64,000 bases of DNA. Source: a virus. Its lineage: Duplodnaviria > Caudoviricetes. A model generated the notes under the pieces. The model saw nothing but the letters and a program-made list of their open reading frames with translations. It was not told the origin of the DNA and did no database searches. This document shows positions 34,674-44,882 of the stretch, one piece after another (position 1 is the first letter of the stretch; the number at the start of each line of letters is the position of its first letter). Made by a program: the position numbers and the translations under genes. The stretch is taken from positions 1-64,000 of IMG/VR virus record IMGVR_UViG_3300046795_000082; one strand, 5' to 3'.

Positions 34674-36430
34674 TACTGATATGGCTTTCCCTGGTGATGC
34701 AGCACACCGTTCACCATCGTCCACTCAGCTGGGGCCGCACCAGCTCCCGACGCAGACGGAGCCGGCGGAGCCGTCCCGACAGCCGCCTGTGGCCGCTTCA
34801 CGCCGCCCCCGAAGATGAAGCCGGGGTCGATGTTGTGCGCTGCGGCGCGGTCCTCAATGCGTTGCCGCTCGTCGTCGTTGTAGCTCGACATGCTAGCGAG
34901 GAACTGTCGCGCCGTCTCGGCCATCGCCTTCAGGTCCCCTTCGGGCACGCCCGCGCCGCCGCCGACCCACCGGCCGTAACCACTCCCCGGAGGACCGGGC
35001 TCCCAACCCTTGCCAACGTAGCGCTCGTACATCCCCTGGATGCGCGGGATGATGGCCAGGCCGGCCGCCGAGCGGTCATACTCCGACTCGCGCACGACCG
35101 AGGTCGGGTCGAGGATCTTCTGGAAGGTCACGAGGACCGCCTGCGTGGCACCGAGGGGGTCCTGGCTGAGACGCTTGAGCCCCACGTCCATCAGGCCGAG
35201 CTGCTGCTGCATCGTGCGCTGCGCCTTGTTGCGCGTCTCCCACTTGGTGTTCAGCTGCTCGATCAGTTTGGACTTGAGCGGGGTGATGACCGCCGAGTTG
35301 TTTTCAAGTTCGGCCGCGCGGAGCTTGGCCTCCGCGTTGAAGAGCTGTTCTTCCCGCAGCACGATGCCGCGCTCCCTCGGCGTCAGGCGGCGCTCCACCG
35401 CCACCGGGTCCTCGCCGGGCTTGCCGAATTTCTCCGCCGCCAGCTCTTCCCGTTTGCTGTAGCTGCGGGTGGGTAGTTTGGTCGCCGGTCGCGCGTCGGG
35501 GGGCAACGGCTGGCCGGCCTGGTCGAGATAGCGCCCCGTCCGCACGTCGTAGGAGGCGAAGTCCTGCGTCACCTGGCCATCGGCGCCGACATACTCGACC
35601 GTCATCGGCTTGAACGCTGCCCCGCCAGCCGCGCGCGTCTTGCTGCTGGCGATGAGCTGCGCAGCCCACTTCTCCGGGTTCACTTCGCCGGAGCGCCGCG
35701 CGACATCGACCAGGGCCTGATACTCGCCTGTCTCCTTGGCGCGCGCGATGTTGACCGCTGTCTCCTCCGCCGTCGGGAAGGCCTGCGGGAGCCCATACAC
35801 GGGTGTCCGTGTGGTAGTGGTGAGCGACTCGGGCTGCCGGGCAGCTCCGGCCGGCGGTAGCGCACCGCGCAGCTGGTCCGGTCCGACCTGGGGAATGTCC
35901 GGCGGGGGCGGTGGCGCGGCGAGACTCTCGGGCGGCGCGCCGGTCGGTGGCGTCGCGGGTACCTGCGGCAAGGGCCCTGGCGGAGCCGGAGGCGGCCCTG
36001 GGAGCGGTGCCTGTGCCGCCGGAGGGGTAGCGCCAGGGGTCGTCGTCTGGGCCGTCGTCTGGGCCGCTGGAGCGGCCGTAGGAGGCAGCGTCGGCAGATA
36101 GCCGGCGGTCTGTGGCGGGGTCACGTGTGTCTCCACGTCCTCGCCCAGCTGCTGCGGCGTATTCAAGTAGTTCAGGAGCTTCGGGTAGACCGCGTTCCCC
36201 TGCATCTCGCCGATCCAGCCCTTCAGGCCGCCAGCGCGTTTACGCGGCTGAGTGGTCTGGAGCATCCCGGTCGCCGCCATCGCCCGAATCTCCGGGTCCT
36301 GCGAATTGAGTAGCGCCTGGTAGACCGTCGCCTCGCGCGCGTTGGCCGCAACCGCTTCGTCCCGCTGCTCCTTCTCAATCTCGTGCGAGCGGTTCTGGTA
36401 GCCCGTGACCATGCCTTCCAGCCAGCCCAT
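34673..36430 (-). CDS. internal virion/ejection protein
   Basis: 585 aa, helical with Pro-rich linker; located in the ejection cluster. Confidence 0.6.
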   Translation of the reverse strand: MGWLEGMVTGYQNRSHEIEKEQRDEAVAANAREATVYQALLNSQDPEIRAMAATGMLQTTQPRKRAGGLKGWIGEMQGNAVYPKLLNYLNTPQQLGEDVETHVTPPQTAGYLPTLPPTAAPAAQTTAQTTTPGATPPAAQAPLPGPPPAPPGPLPQVPATPPTGAPPESLAAPPPPPDIPQVGPDQLRGALPPAGAARQPESLTTTTRTPVYGLPQAFPTAEETAVNIARAKETGEYQALVDVARRSGEVNPEKWAAQLIASSKTRAAGGAAFKPMTVEYVGADGQVTQDFASYDVRTGRYLDQAGQPLPPDARPATKLPTRSYSKREELAAEKFGKPGEDPVAVERRLTPRERGIVLREEQLFNAEAKLRAAELENNSAVITPLKSKLIEQLNTKWETRNKAQRTMQQQLGLMDVGLKRLSQDPLGATQAVLVTFQKILDPTSVVRESEYDRSAAGLAIIPRIQGMYERYVGKGWEPGPPGSGYGRWVGGGAGVPEGDLKAMAETARQFLASMSSYNDDERQRIEDRAAAHNIDPGFIFGGGVKRPQAAVGTAPPAPSASGAGAAPAEWTMVNGVLHHQGKPYQ

Positions 36431-36440
36431 TGCGTGCTCC

Positions 36441-37709
36441 TCAGCGATTGAACGCGTCGATGACGTCGCGCGTCAGGCCGCCCCAGGCCTCTCCGGCCTT
36501 CGACCCCTGGCCCGCCGCCCACTGCCGATTCTGTGCGCCGCCGGTGAGCGCGCTGTTGTAGATGCTCCCGGCCGTACCGTAGAGCGGCGCTGCCGCACGC
36601 GTGCCTTCCACGCCAAGGTTCCCCAGCGCCTCGGCGGCCTTCGGTTGGACGCCCGTGACGAGGCCCGCCAACCCGCTGGCGCGCTGGCGATTCAGCTCGC
36701 CGCGCTGGACGTCGCGCGCGGCGCCGCGCACGCCAGACTGCTCCAGTGCGCGGTTGGCGCCGCGGTAGGTATCGGTCAGGGCCGCACGACTCGGCGCCAC
36801 GGCCTGCGACATCGCCGCTCGGTTGCCCTTCAGGAGCGTCTGGTAGTAGCTGCCCGCGTCGCGCAGGTAGGGCTTGCTCTCGCCGATCGCCGCGTCGGCC
36901 GCACTGGCCGCACCGCCAGCCACCTTGTTCGCGTTGGCCAGGGCGGCGAGTTCCTCCGGTGAGCGTCGCATCGCCTGGTCCTGCGCGCGCTTGGCCATGT
37001 AGCCGCTGATGAGCGACGAGCCGACGCTGCCGGCAACCCGACCGACGGGACTCCGCAGGGCGCCCTGGACCGCACCTAGCGCACCCCCGCCCCCAGCCGC
37101 CGCGGTACCCACCGCTCCAGACGGCGCCAAGCCAGCGACCGTGCCGGTCGCCGTCGGCACGGTGATCGTCGACGGCAGGACTGCGCCGCCGGCCCCCGCC
37201 GCGCCTGCACCACCGGCTCCACCCCCGCCACCAGCGCCAGCCGCGCCGGCCGCACCCCCGCCGCTGAACGCGCCGGTAGCCGCTAACCCACCGACTGCCG
37301 CCGCACCCGTCAGCGCCCCGACGGTAATCCCCGGATGGCGCTTCCAGTACGGGTCTTCTTTCCTGGTCCCGCTGGGGTCGTGGTGCCAGTTCTCCGGCAG
37401 ATGCTCGACCGGTGTGCCAGCGCCCTGCGTTCCATAGTTGCCCGGCATCCCCGCGGCGTACTCAGGATGCTCTTTGAGAATCTCGGTCCATGCCTGGCCC
37501 GTCCGCGCCGTGCGTTCGGGACCGGTGCCGAGGTAGTCCTCCCAGGAGGCGTAGTTGGCGAGCTGGCTGTCTGGGATCGATGCGAGTCCCGGATAGCGCC
37601 GTCGGAGGGCGGCGATGTCTGTCGACACCGTCGCGCCTGGCGCGCCGAGCAGCCGCACGTAGTTCGACGCGTTGAGCTGGTCCGGCCGAGTCCCGACGGT
37701 TAAAGCCAT
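36441..37709 (-). CDS. Gly/Ala-rich DNA-transfer (pilot/ejection) protein
   Basis: Central GA-rich hydrophobic stretch and Gln/Ala-rich C-terminus, as in P22-like ejection proteins. Confidence 0.6.
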   Translation of the reverse strand: MALTVGTRPDQLNASNYVRLLGAPGATVSTDIAALRRRYPGLASIPDSQLANYASWEDYLGTGPERTARTGQAWTEILKEHPEYAAGMPGNYGTQGAGTPVEHLPENWHHDPSGTRKEDPYWKRHPGITVGALTGAAAVGGLAATGAFSGGGAAGAAGAGGGGGAGGAGAAGAGGAVLPSTITVPTATGTVAGLAPSGAVGTAAAGGGGALGAVQGALRSPVGRVAGSVGSSLISGYMAKRAQDQAMRRSPEELAALANANKVAGGAASAADAAIGESKPYLRDAGSYYQTLLKGNRAAMSQAVAPSRAALTDTYRGANRALEQSGVRGAARDVQRGELNRQRASGLAGLVTGVQPKAAEALGNLGVEGTRAAAPLYGTAGSIYNSALTGGAQNRQWAAGQGSKAGEAWGGLTRDVIDAFNR

Positions 37710-37721
37710 AGTCCCTTCCCT

Positions 37722-38318
37722 TTACGTCCAGCCGCCTGTGGGGTAGCCCGTCGTCGGGGGGGTCGTATAGAGCGCCGGCTCTGGCAGCAGGTCGTGACTG
37801 GCAAAGCCTGCGTTGCCGGGCCGGGCTCGCTCTTCCATGTAGGCGTCCCACCCCTGATACCACTTGGCATCGCCACCCTGCCACGGGTCCTGCACGACAG
37901 CCAGCCAGTAGCTGTAATCGTCGCGGCTCCAGTGGAACAGGCTCGCCTTGATGTCCGCTTCCATCGTGGTCGGGTCGATGCTCATCGGAATAATCGGCTC
38001 GCCGTGAGACCCCGGACCAGTCGCCGGCTCGCCTGGTGACAGGCCACCCCCCGCCGCGCGTTCGCCGGCCGTCAGCTGCGCTTCGCCCGTGGCATCGATG
38101 GCGGCCTGGTGCGCCGCCGCGATCTCGGCGTCCTGCTCGTTGGTCCGCGTGACCACGCGTGTCAGCGTGCCTTCGGCCGCCTGGAGCCGCCCTTCCAGGT
38201 CGAAGACGCGCTCCCACAGGAGCCGCACCGACTGCTGCGCGCGCCAGTCCGCGATGGTGTCGACATGCGGATATTGGCGTTTGAGGGCCTTCACAGCCAC
38301 TTCGATGACAGGGGTCAT
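37722..38318 (-). CDS. virion protein with coiled coil (tail needle-like?)
   Basis: Heptad region VFDLEGRLQAAEGTL...; located directly downstream of the nozzle gene. Confidence 0.45.
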   Translation of the reverse strand: MTPVIEVAVKALKRQYPHVDTIADWRAQQSVRLLWERVFDLEGRLQAAEGTLTRVVTRTNEQDAEIAAAHQAAIDATGEAQLTAGERAAGGGLSPGEPATGPGSHGEPIIPMSIDPTTMEADIKASLFHWSRDDYSYWLAVVQDPWQGGDAKWYQGWDAYMEERARPGNAGFASHDLLPEPALYTTPPTTGYPTGGWT

Positions 38319-41300
38319 CCTCCCACTCCCGGACTGGCGGTCGTGCTCCTGGCGCCACCTCCGCTCGTCTGAGCGGCCAATACGGCGTGGGTCATGGGTC
38401 TGCTTGGATCCTGGTCGTCGTTACCGAAGGGCTGGACGATGATCGAGTCGTAGGCGCCCCAGGGCTGGACGGCCACGGTCGTCTCGTCGCGATATAGCCA
38501 GAAGGCCGTCGGCGCGGTGAGGATGTACTTAATCAAGACGCCCTTGCCGGCGCGGAAGCCCGGCAGAAAACGACGCTGCTTCATGCCGTCAGTCGAGGGG
38601 ATGGTGTAGTCCTCGATCACCGTCCCGCCCGTCTGGTTGTTGTGCATGATGGTTCGCAGGTTCACCTCCGTTGTCGATTTCAACGTGACGTGCGCCCACA
38701 GCGGGTAGAACCAGCCCGGGAGGCCATGGTTGGTCTCCTGCGTCTCCCAGCGCGTGAGCTGGAAGGGCTCCTCGTCGAAGAGGGGCTCCGCGGTGTAGAG
38801 GCGCCCTGGGTTGGCATCGACCGGGAACATCCGCCAGACGCGGCCGAGGTGCTGGTCGGTGAGCGCGATCTGCACGACCCGCCGGCCGGTGGTGTTTACC
38901 GTCAGGGTCTCGACGGTGACGCCATCGACTTCTACCTGGACGGCCTTGTCCTGGCCGAAGGTGTCACATTCGAAAATCACGGCCTTCAGCCACTTGTCGG
39001 CGTGGGTGCCGAGGATGCTGAAGTTCTGGTTCCAGTTCGCCTGCCCGCTCGGTTCCTCGTCCAGGTGCCATCGGTGGGTATAGAGCAGGCCATCGTTGTC
39101 ATCGATGGCGCGGAAGCGCAGGACGTGGCCGCGCCCCCAGGGCAGCGTCAGGTGAACGACCGCCCGACCGTTGGCGACGACCGGCCAGTAGGACAGGCCC
39201 GCCAGCGTGTTGAGCAGCTGCACGCCGTCGACGAAGACCTCGATCTGCTTCTCCTGGCCGAAGGTATTGCAGTAGAGGTCGAGGCCGGTGTAGTAGACAT
39301 CCCACTGGTTTTCAAAGTGGACGTCCCACTTGCTGATGCGCGGCGGCTCCTCCAGGTAGATCCAGTCGGCGCGGTAGAGCAGCCACGGCACGCAGTCACC
39401 CGGGTCGGGCCGGATGCGGACCATGTTCGCGGAGACCGCCGGCCAGGAGAACTTCAGCTTGTGCCGGTTACCGGCCAGCACCTCCAGGGTGGCGATGAGA
39501 AAGCGCTGCCCCAGGAGGTCGCCCTCGATGAAGACGGTCTTCGGGACGCCGCCGGTGTCGCAGTCGAGGGTGATGCCGGTGACCCAGGTCTCGTCGGCGT
39601 AGTTCAGGTCGTCCCAGTTGGTGACACGCGTGTTGGTGAGGTCGGGCTGTAGCGTGATCGCGTAGCCGAGCTGATAGAGGCTCATCGGATCGTTCGACGT
39701 CGAGCCGGAGAAGCTGCCACTGAGATGACAGCTCAGCGAGTGCGCCTTCTGCGGATTGGCGCCGAAGGTGTGGACGAGGAACCGCGCGCGGCCGTCGCCA
39801 CCGCTGACCCCGAGTGCCGCGTCGCTGACGTTCTCCTCGTTGAAGAACACCTGGACCGAGATGTCGGTCGACTGCGGGTCGGCATCGAGGAAGATGTCGC
39901 CGTAGAGCTTCTCCTCGCGCCGGCCACCACTCATCGCCCCGGTCCGCAGATACCAGTTGATCGCCTGCCCATCGTCGTCCGGCCCGTAGTGCGTGTAGAC
40001 CTTGCCCGTGCCCTGGCCGCCAATCAGGAGCAGGTCCTCGTCCCGCCCCTCGACGCAGGCGTTCGGCCGACCGAAGTTGTAGTGCCGCCAGAACTTTTGG
40101 AGGATCGAGTAGACGAGCACCTGCCGCCCACCCAGCCGGTCGACATACTGGAAGTAGAGCGCGTTCTCCCAGACGGTCAGGCGCAGCTCGTTCGGTTGGG
40201 TCTTGTCGATCCACTCGTAACCGTTGACCGTGAAGCCGTAGAAGAGCGGGTTGATGGTTTCCGAGAGCCACTCCTCCGGCCCACCCTGCGTCGCGAAGAC
40301 GCCGTCCTCGGCGACGAAGTAGACGATGCCGCCGGGGCCGACGCAGAAGGCCCAGCGCCCGAGCAGGCCGCGCGTGCAGAGCGATGGGGACGCCGTCACG
40401 CCCCCCGCCTGGCCGGTCAGGTTCGGGTAGATGAAATACAGCCGGTGGCGACTGAAGACGAAGCCCTGATGGCCGGCGAGGCCGCCGTGCATCAGCTCCT
40501 CGCTCGGCGGGCAGACTTCGACGTTGCCGCTGGCCGACCAGTGGTCCGGCGCGTCCGGCATCGAGAAGTAGAGATGCCCTGGGCGGCGCGGGTCGCCGCA
40601 GGCGAAGAGCATCCCCTCCAGCGGGCCCCAGAGCGCGGGGACTGCCTGGTTGAGGACCGCGTCCCCGTTGTCGTCGACGGTCGGCACGGGCTGGAAGTGG
40701 TCGATCGGGATCGGGTCGGTGGCCACGATAGCGTCGTCGGTCAGGTCGTCGACGAAGACACCCCCGTCGCTGTCGTTCATGCCGCAGTACATCCAGTCGT
40801 CGAACAGGCTCCCGCCCCGGCGATAGATGCGCTGGCGCACCGCGCCGTCGCCGTAGGCCGGGGGGTCGACCAGGACTTGGCTGCGCGCGGCGTCGAGCAT
40901 GGTGGTCTGCTCGTCGCTGCCATTGCTCTCGGCCCCCGTGCGCGGGTCGTAGTTAGTCGCCTTGTAGTCGTACTGCTGGTCGCCTGGCTGGACGGTGTCG
41001 GGGCCAAAGCCGCCGTAGAGGTAGAGGTCGTCGAGGCTGACCAGGACGTCCCGCTCCTCCTCGGTAATACGCGTGCGGACGTAGAGGATGACACCAGTGA
41101 TGGTCGCCCAGCCGCGGTCCGGCGAGCTGCCGATGCGCTGGAAGTCGCCGCGCCGCAGCGGCGAGCCGAGGACGCCGTAGCTGAACCACTGGTGCGCGCC
41201 GAGCCCGAGCTGGAAGCTCGGGGCGCGGTCCGGGTCGGTCTCAGCGCGGCGCGCTTCCCAGCTGTCGCGGTTGTCCTTGAAGGCGCGGTCGTGCGCGTCC

Positions 41301-42367
41301 TTGTCGCGGATCGCCTTGATGCGCGCGGCCTCGGCCGCCTCGACCTGCGACATGGCCGCCTGGACGAACTGCACGTAGTCGTTGGCGCGGAAGGCCTTGA
41401 CGTAGGCGTCGCCGTTGGCGGCGATGTCGCTGGCGGTCCCCGGCAGGACCGTCGCGTCGAAGGTCTCGCTGCAGACCAGGTAGATCCGAAGTTCTTCGAT
41501 CAGCTGCGGATGACTGAGCTTCATCCAGCCGTGAACCAGGTCGTCGTCGGTGGCGGCGACCGTCTCGCTCCCGCCCACCTTGGTGAGGATGGAGAGGTCG
41601 CGCGAGACTCCGCAGCCCCACCAGCTGTCGTAGGTCGTGTCCACCGTGCTTCCCGCACTGGTCGTGCCGGAGACGCCAACGCTGGGGTCGGGCGGCGCGC
41701 TGGTGTCTTCCACCATCGCCGCGGGCGTGTCGGTGGCGTGGCTGTGCATGTCGAGGCCAGGCACAGCCGTCCAGGCGCCAAACGCGGTCCCGTCGCTGTC
41801 GTCGCACATGGCGATACCGGTGCGGTACTCCGTCCCCAGGCTAGTCGTGACGGCGGCGCTCGGCTTCGGCAGTCCGATCGGCAGGGCCAGGCCGTCGGCG
41901 CGGATCTTGGCCATCTTCGTCCGGTCGGCGACGAACATCCAGGGGTCGCCACTCTGCGGCGGCCGGTGCGGGAGAAACGTCACCGGGTCGCCCGAGTAGC
42001 CGCTATCGACGGTCGTGGGAGTCGTCGGCGCATGGAGCGGGTCTGGGTCGACTGGCCCCTGCTTGATGGTCGTGCCGACACTGTAGAAGCGTGTGTGCGT
42101 GCCGGTGTGCGGGTTGCGAAGTTTGCGAAGCGCCCGCGTCGTCGCCCCGCTGCCGGTGAGCGCGTACTGGCGCTGGCCCTGGCGGATGGTCGCTTCGAAC
42201 TCGTGCTCGTGCCAGATGTTGGTGAGCCGCGACCAGCCTTCCATCGCGTCGAGGCTGTCTTTCAGGTTCAGCCCGTTGACGCCGAAGCGGACGATCTGCG
42301 TTTCGAAGGGGGCTTCGAACTGGGCGCCGGTGACGTTGTTGCTGCGCCGTGTGATCTGTTCGGCCAT
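38315..42367 (-). CDS. large tail/nozzle (P22 gp10 / T7 gp12-like) protein
   Basis: 1350 aa, beta-rich with propeller-like segments (LYFS..PDHW, GIVYFV..DGVF, QVLVYS....W); follows the adaptor genes. Confidence 0.65.
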   Translation of the reverse strand: MAEQITRRSNNVTGAQFEAPFETQIVRFGVNGLNLKDSLDAMEGWSRLTNIWHEHEFEATIRQGQRQYALTGSGATTRALRKLRNPHTGTHTRFYSVGTTIKQGPVDPDPLHAPTTPTTVDSGYSGDPVTFLPHRPPQSGDPWMFVADRTKMAKIRADGLALPIGLPKPSAAVTTSLGTEYRTGIAMCDDSDGTAFGAWTAVPGLDMHSHATDTPAAMVEDTSAPPDPSVGVSGTTSAGSTVDTTYDSWWGCGVSRDLSILTKVGGSETVAATDDDLVHGWMKLSHPQLIEELRIYLVCSETFDATVLPGTASDIAANGDAYVKAFRANDYVQFVQAAMSQVEAAEAARIKAIRDKDAHDRAFKDNRDSWEARRAETDPDRAPSFQLGLGAHQWFSYGVLGSPLRRGDFQRIGSSPDRGWATITGVILYVRTRITEEERDVLVSLDDLYLYGGFGPDTVQPGDQQYDYKATNYDPRTGAESNGSDEQTTMLDAARSQVLVDPPAYGDGAVRQRIYRRGGSLFDDWMYCGMNDSDGGVFVDDLTDDAIVATDPIPIDHFQPVPTVDDNGDAVLNQAVPALWGPLEGMLFACGDPRRPGHLYFSMPDAPDHWSASGNVEVCPPSEELMHGGLAGHQGFVFSRHRLYFIYPNLTGQAGGVTASPSLCTRGLLGRWAFCVGPGGIVYFVAEDGVFATQGGPEEWLSETINPLFYGFTVNGYEWIDKTQPNELRLTVWENALYFQYVDRLGGRQVLVYSILQKFWRHYNFGRPNACVEGRDEDLLLIGGQGTGKVYTHYGPDDDGQAINWYLRTGAMSGGRREEKLYGDIFLDADPQSTDISVQVFFNEENVSDAALGVSGGDGRARFLVHTFGANPQKAHSLSCHLSGSFSGSTSNDPMSLYQLGYAITLQPDLTNTRVTNWDDLNYADETWVTGITLDCDTGGVPKTVFIEGDLLGQRFLIATLEVLAGNRHKLKFSWPAVSANMVRIRPDPGDCVPWLLYRADWIYLEEPPRISKWDVHFENQWDVYYTGLDLYCNTFGQEKQIEVFVDGVQLLNTLAGLSYWPVVANGRAVVHLTLPWGRGHVLRFRAIDDNDGLLYTHRWHLDEEPSGQANWNQNFSILGTHADKWLKAVIFECDTFGQDKAVQVEVDGVTVETLTVNTTGRRVVQIALTDQHLGRVWRMFPVDANPGRLYTAEPLFDEEPFQLTRWETQETNHGLPGWFYPLWAHVTLKSTTEVNLRTIMHNNQTGGTVIEDYTIPSTDGMKQRRFLPGFRAGKGVLIKYILTAPTAFWLYRDETTVAVQPWGAYDSIIVQPFGNDDQDPSRPMTHAVLAAQTSGGGARSTTASPGVGG

Positions 42368-42382
42368 CAGCTCGCCTTGAAA

Positions 42383-42442
42383 CCAATCAGATGCATTTAG
42401 CTCCAATCAGACGCATCTAGCTCTAATCAGACCCATCTAGCT
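42383..42442. repeat. three tandem about 20-bp repeats
   Basis: CCAATCAGATGCATTTAGCT / CCAATCAGACGCATCTAGCT / CTAATCAGACCCATCTAGCT. Confidence 0.9.
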
Positions 42443-43072
42443 CCACCCGCCGAGGATGATCGACGTCGCCACGCGCGTCAGCTCATAGCGGCGGTCGCAG
42501 TAGTCGGCCCGCTCGACGTCGAGGAGACGCCCGACTTTGCGGAGGAGCGTCCCCAGGGCGCCGTACTTGACTGCGCTCACGAACTCCTCGGCGAGCGGCA
42601 GCACGGTGCCAGGGGCGTCACCCGTGACCTCCGGGGGGACCAGCACGTAGACGACGATGAAGGTGCCGTCGACGGCGGGCGTCGGCACGAGGCGGAGCGT
42701 CCGCATCTCGGTGTCGAGGTCAGCGTAGCCAATGGGGTGACCCGGCGTCGTCTCCCAGCCCGGCAGCGCCAGGTCGCTCTCAAAGCCATCGACTGGCCCG
42801 AGATTGTTGCCGCCACCCACCGGGTCGTACCAGCCGCAGTAGGCGGTCGCCAGCCAGTCGGCCGGCAGCGTGATCTGGGTCGTCCCGGCGGCCACCGCCT
42901 GGTAGGCGCCGGTGATCTGCAGATGCACGTCACGGCTGAGCGCACGGATGCTCGCGTTGACCGCGTCGAGCACCTCCACGCGTGTCCAGATGCCACTGGG
43001 CCACGTGTCGCCCCAGTCGGGCGGCTCGATGAGCGTGAGTTGCAGCTCGGCGAGCAAGGCGCGGTCGACCAT
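42437..43072 (-). CDS. head-tail adaptor-like protein
   Basis: W...EVLDAVN, L.LP.DW, LRLVPTP, AVKYGAL: adaptor-type pattern. Confidence 0.6.
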   Translation of the reverse strand: MVDRALLAELQLTLIEPPDWGDTWPSGIWTRVEVLDAVNASIRALSRDVHLQITGAYQAVAAGTTQITLPADWLATAYCGWYDPVGGGNNLGPVDGFESDLALPGWETTPGHPIGYADLDTEMRTLRLVPTPAVDGTFIVVYVLVPPEVTGDAPGTVLPLAEEFVSAVKYGALGTLLRKVGRLLDVERADYCDRRYELTRVATSIILGGWS

Positions 43073-43833
43073 CACTCCTGCTCCGTCTGGGCGTCGGCGG
43101 TGTGCCGGGAGAACTGCGTGGCGATGCCTTGGATCTGATTGGGCGCGTCCTTGGTCGGCCACAGGGGCCGACGGTAGTCGAGGCCGGCGAAGCGGCGATA
43201 AGCCTGGTGCTGTTTGAGCAGGCCGTTCTCTTCGGCCGCCGCTTTGAGGAAGGCATCGAAGTAGGCGCGGGTGGCCCGCCACCGGTGGCCGGCTTCCTTG
43301 AAGCTGGCGACGTGCAGCGCCATGTCGACGATGACGTCGATGATTTCCTCGCCCAGGTTGACGAAGTCCCCACCGTTGACCAGGACGGGCGTGGACAGCA
43401 CGCCGTCGCCGAGCAGCGCGCCGAACGTCGTGCCGGTCCCAGGGAGCGTCGGCCAGATACTGATCCCGGTCAGCGAGATCGGAGCCCAGAGCAGCGGCCG
43501 GGTCGGCACGTCGCCGCCGCTGGCGGTGGTCTCCCCCGCCCAGCCCGGCCGCATCAGGCCGTATTCGGCGAGCGACGTCGGGTGGAGCGGGTCACCCGCG
43601 GCCGTGGTGACTCGCATGGCGTAGGTCATCGGCGCTGGCAGATGGACCTCGCTGACCGAGTTGATGATGTCGAGTGGGACGCGCGTGCGCCACCGGCCGG
43701 TCAGGAGGTTCCACTCGCGCAGGCTTTCGTTGAGCGCCAGGCGCGCCTCCTCAGCGGTCCAGAAGACGGTCTGGTCCCAGCGCTGCGCCATCACCAGCTG
43801 CAGGTCAACGAGGGTCGTGGCGGTGTAGGCCAT
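43072..43833 (-). CDS. head-tail adaptor-like protein (paralog)
   Basis: W..EE...ALN, ISIWPT, IVDMAL.VA..KE; same layout as its neighbour. Confidence 0.6.
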   Translation of the reverse strand: MAYTATTLVDLQLVMAQRWDQTVFWTAEEARLALNESLREWNLLTGRWRTRVPLDIINSVSEVHLPAPMTYAMRVTTAAGDPLHPTSLAEYGLMRPGWAGETTASGGDVPTRPLLWAPISLTGISIWPTLPGTGTTFGALLGDGVLSTPVLVNGGDFVNLGEEIIDVIVDMALHVASFKEAGHRWRATRAYFDAFLKAAAEENGLLKQHQAYRRFAGLDYRRPLWPTKDAPNQIQGIATQFSRHTADAQTEQE

Positions 43834-43842
43834 GGGCTAGTC

Positions 43843-44880
43843 TCAGGTCAGAATACCGCTCTGACAACCCCCTCCGCCGCCACCACCGGGCGGCGGGGGC
43901 CCCGGTGGCAGCGACGGTTCTCCACCACCGCCGCCGCCTTCGCCGCTGCCACCACCTTCTCCGCCGCCACCGCCGCCAATGGTAATTAGGATGTCGCTAT
44001 CCAGTTCGCCCAGGCGGGCACCGACACTGCCGACGACGGTAGAGACCGTCGCCACCACATACGGCGAGCCCGGGTCTGGCCCGTAGAGATACGTGCCGTC
44101 ATCCGGGTTGTACCACCAGTAGCTTTCGATCCAGTCGACGATGAGGGCGTAATAGTTGGCCCCGATCGTGACGCCGTCGGCCGACACCGCGGGGTCACCA
44201 AGAAAGGCAGGCTTGAACGGGACCTCCGCCGCATTGACCGTCATCAGCCCCGCGTTGTTGGGCGAGCCTTGCCAGAAAAGATCCTCTCGTGTCCACGGGA
44301 CGTGTGAGAGAGGGTGCTCGATGATCGGCGCGGTCTTAAATTCTGTGTAGCCGCTGCCGGTCGTGCCGGTCTCCCACGCAAACTCTGCCCCCCCAAACGA
44401 CACCGGGAAGGGGTTGGCCGGGATGTTGTCGAACGTCATCCCGTTCCTCGGGTACCCGAGGTCCTCGGGGCCCCAGCCAAACTCCGTACGATCCTCGTTC
44501 GCAATGATGCCCGTCGACGGCTCCGACGACTTCAGCCACGCCACGAACTGAATCGAGACAATGGGCGCCCCCGGCTGGATGATCAGCTCGTCCTTGAAGA
44601 AGGCACTGCCTATCGGCGCACCGGGGTCGTAGTGTTCCGTTGGCGGTTTGGTGTAAGTGATCGCTCGTCCGTCAGGGGTCTTCAGACACTGACCGCCGTC
44701 GAAGTCCCCGACGAGCGCGTACGCCGAATCGTAGTACGGTGACGCGGGATCGTAGCGGTTATTCAGGTTCCAGGGGCCGACGAAGGTGATCCAGTAGGTG
44801 GGCGAGTCGTCGTCCAGGTAGGGCCAGACGAACAGCGTCGTGATGGTGCCAACCGGGAGGGTGCTCGGGGGGATAGGCAC
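43843..44880 (-). CDS. virion-associated protein with Gly/Pro-rich C-terminal linker
   Basis: 345 aa, aromatic-rich, ending in GGGG/PPPP tracts; located in the structural operon. Confidence 0.5.
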   Translation of the reverse strand: MPIPPSTLPVGTITTLFVWPYLDDDSPTYWITFVGPWNLNNRYDPASPYYDSAYALVGDFDGGQCLKTPDGRAITYTKPPTEHYDPGAPIGSAFFKDELIIQPGAPIVSIQFVAWLKSSEPSTGIIANEDRTEFGWGPEDLGYPRNGMTFDNIPANPFPVSFGGAEFAWETGTTGSGYTEFKTAPIIEHPLSHVPWTREDLFWQGSPNNAGLMTVNAAEVPFKPAFLGDPAVSADGVTIGANYYALIVDWIESYWWYNPDDGTYLYGPDPGSPYVVATVSTVVGSVGARLGELDSDILITIGGGGGGEGGGSGEGGGGGGEPSLPPGPPPPGGGGGGGCQSGILT

Positions 44881-44882
44881 GG

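Noticed and set aside
42383-42442. Possible mini-CRISPR array
   Set aside because: The repeats are directly adjacent with no spacers, and no cas gene is present. The PD-(D/E)XK gene at 9079 fits a recombination exonuclease by context.
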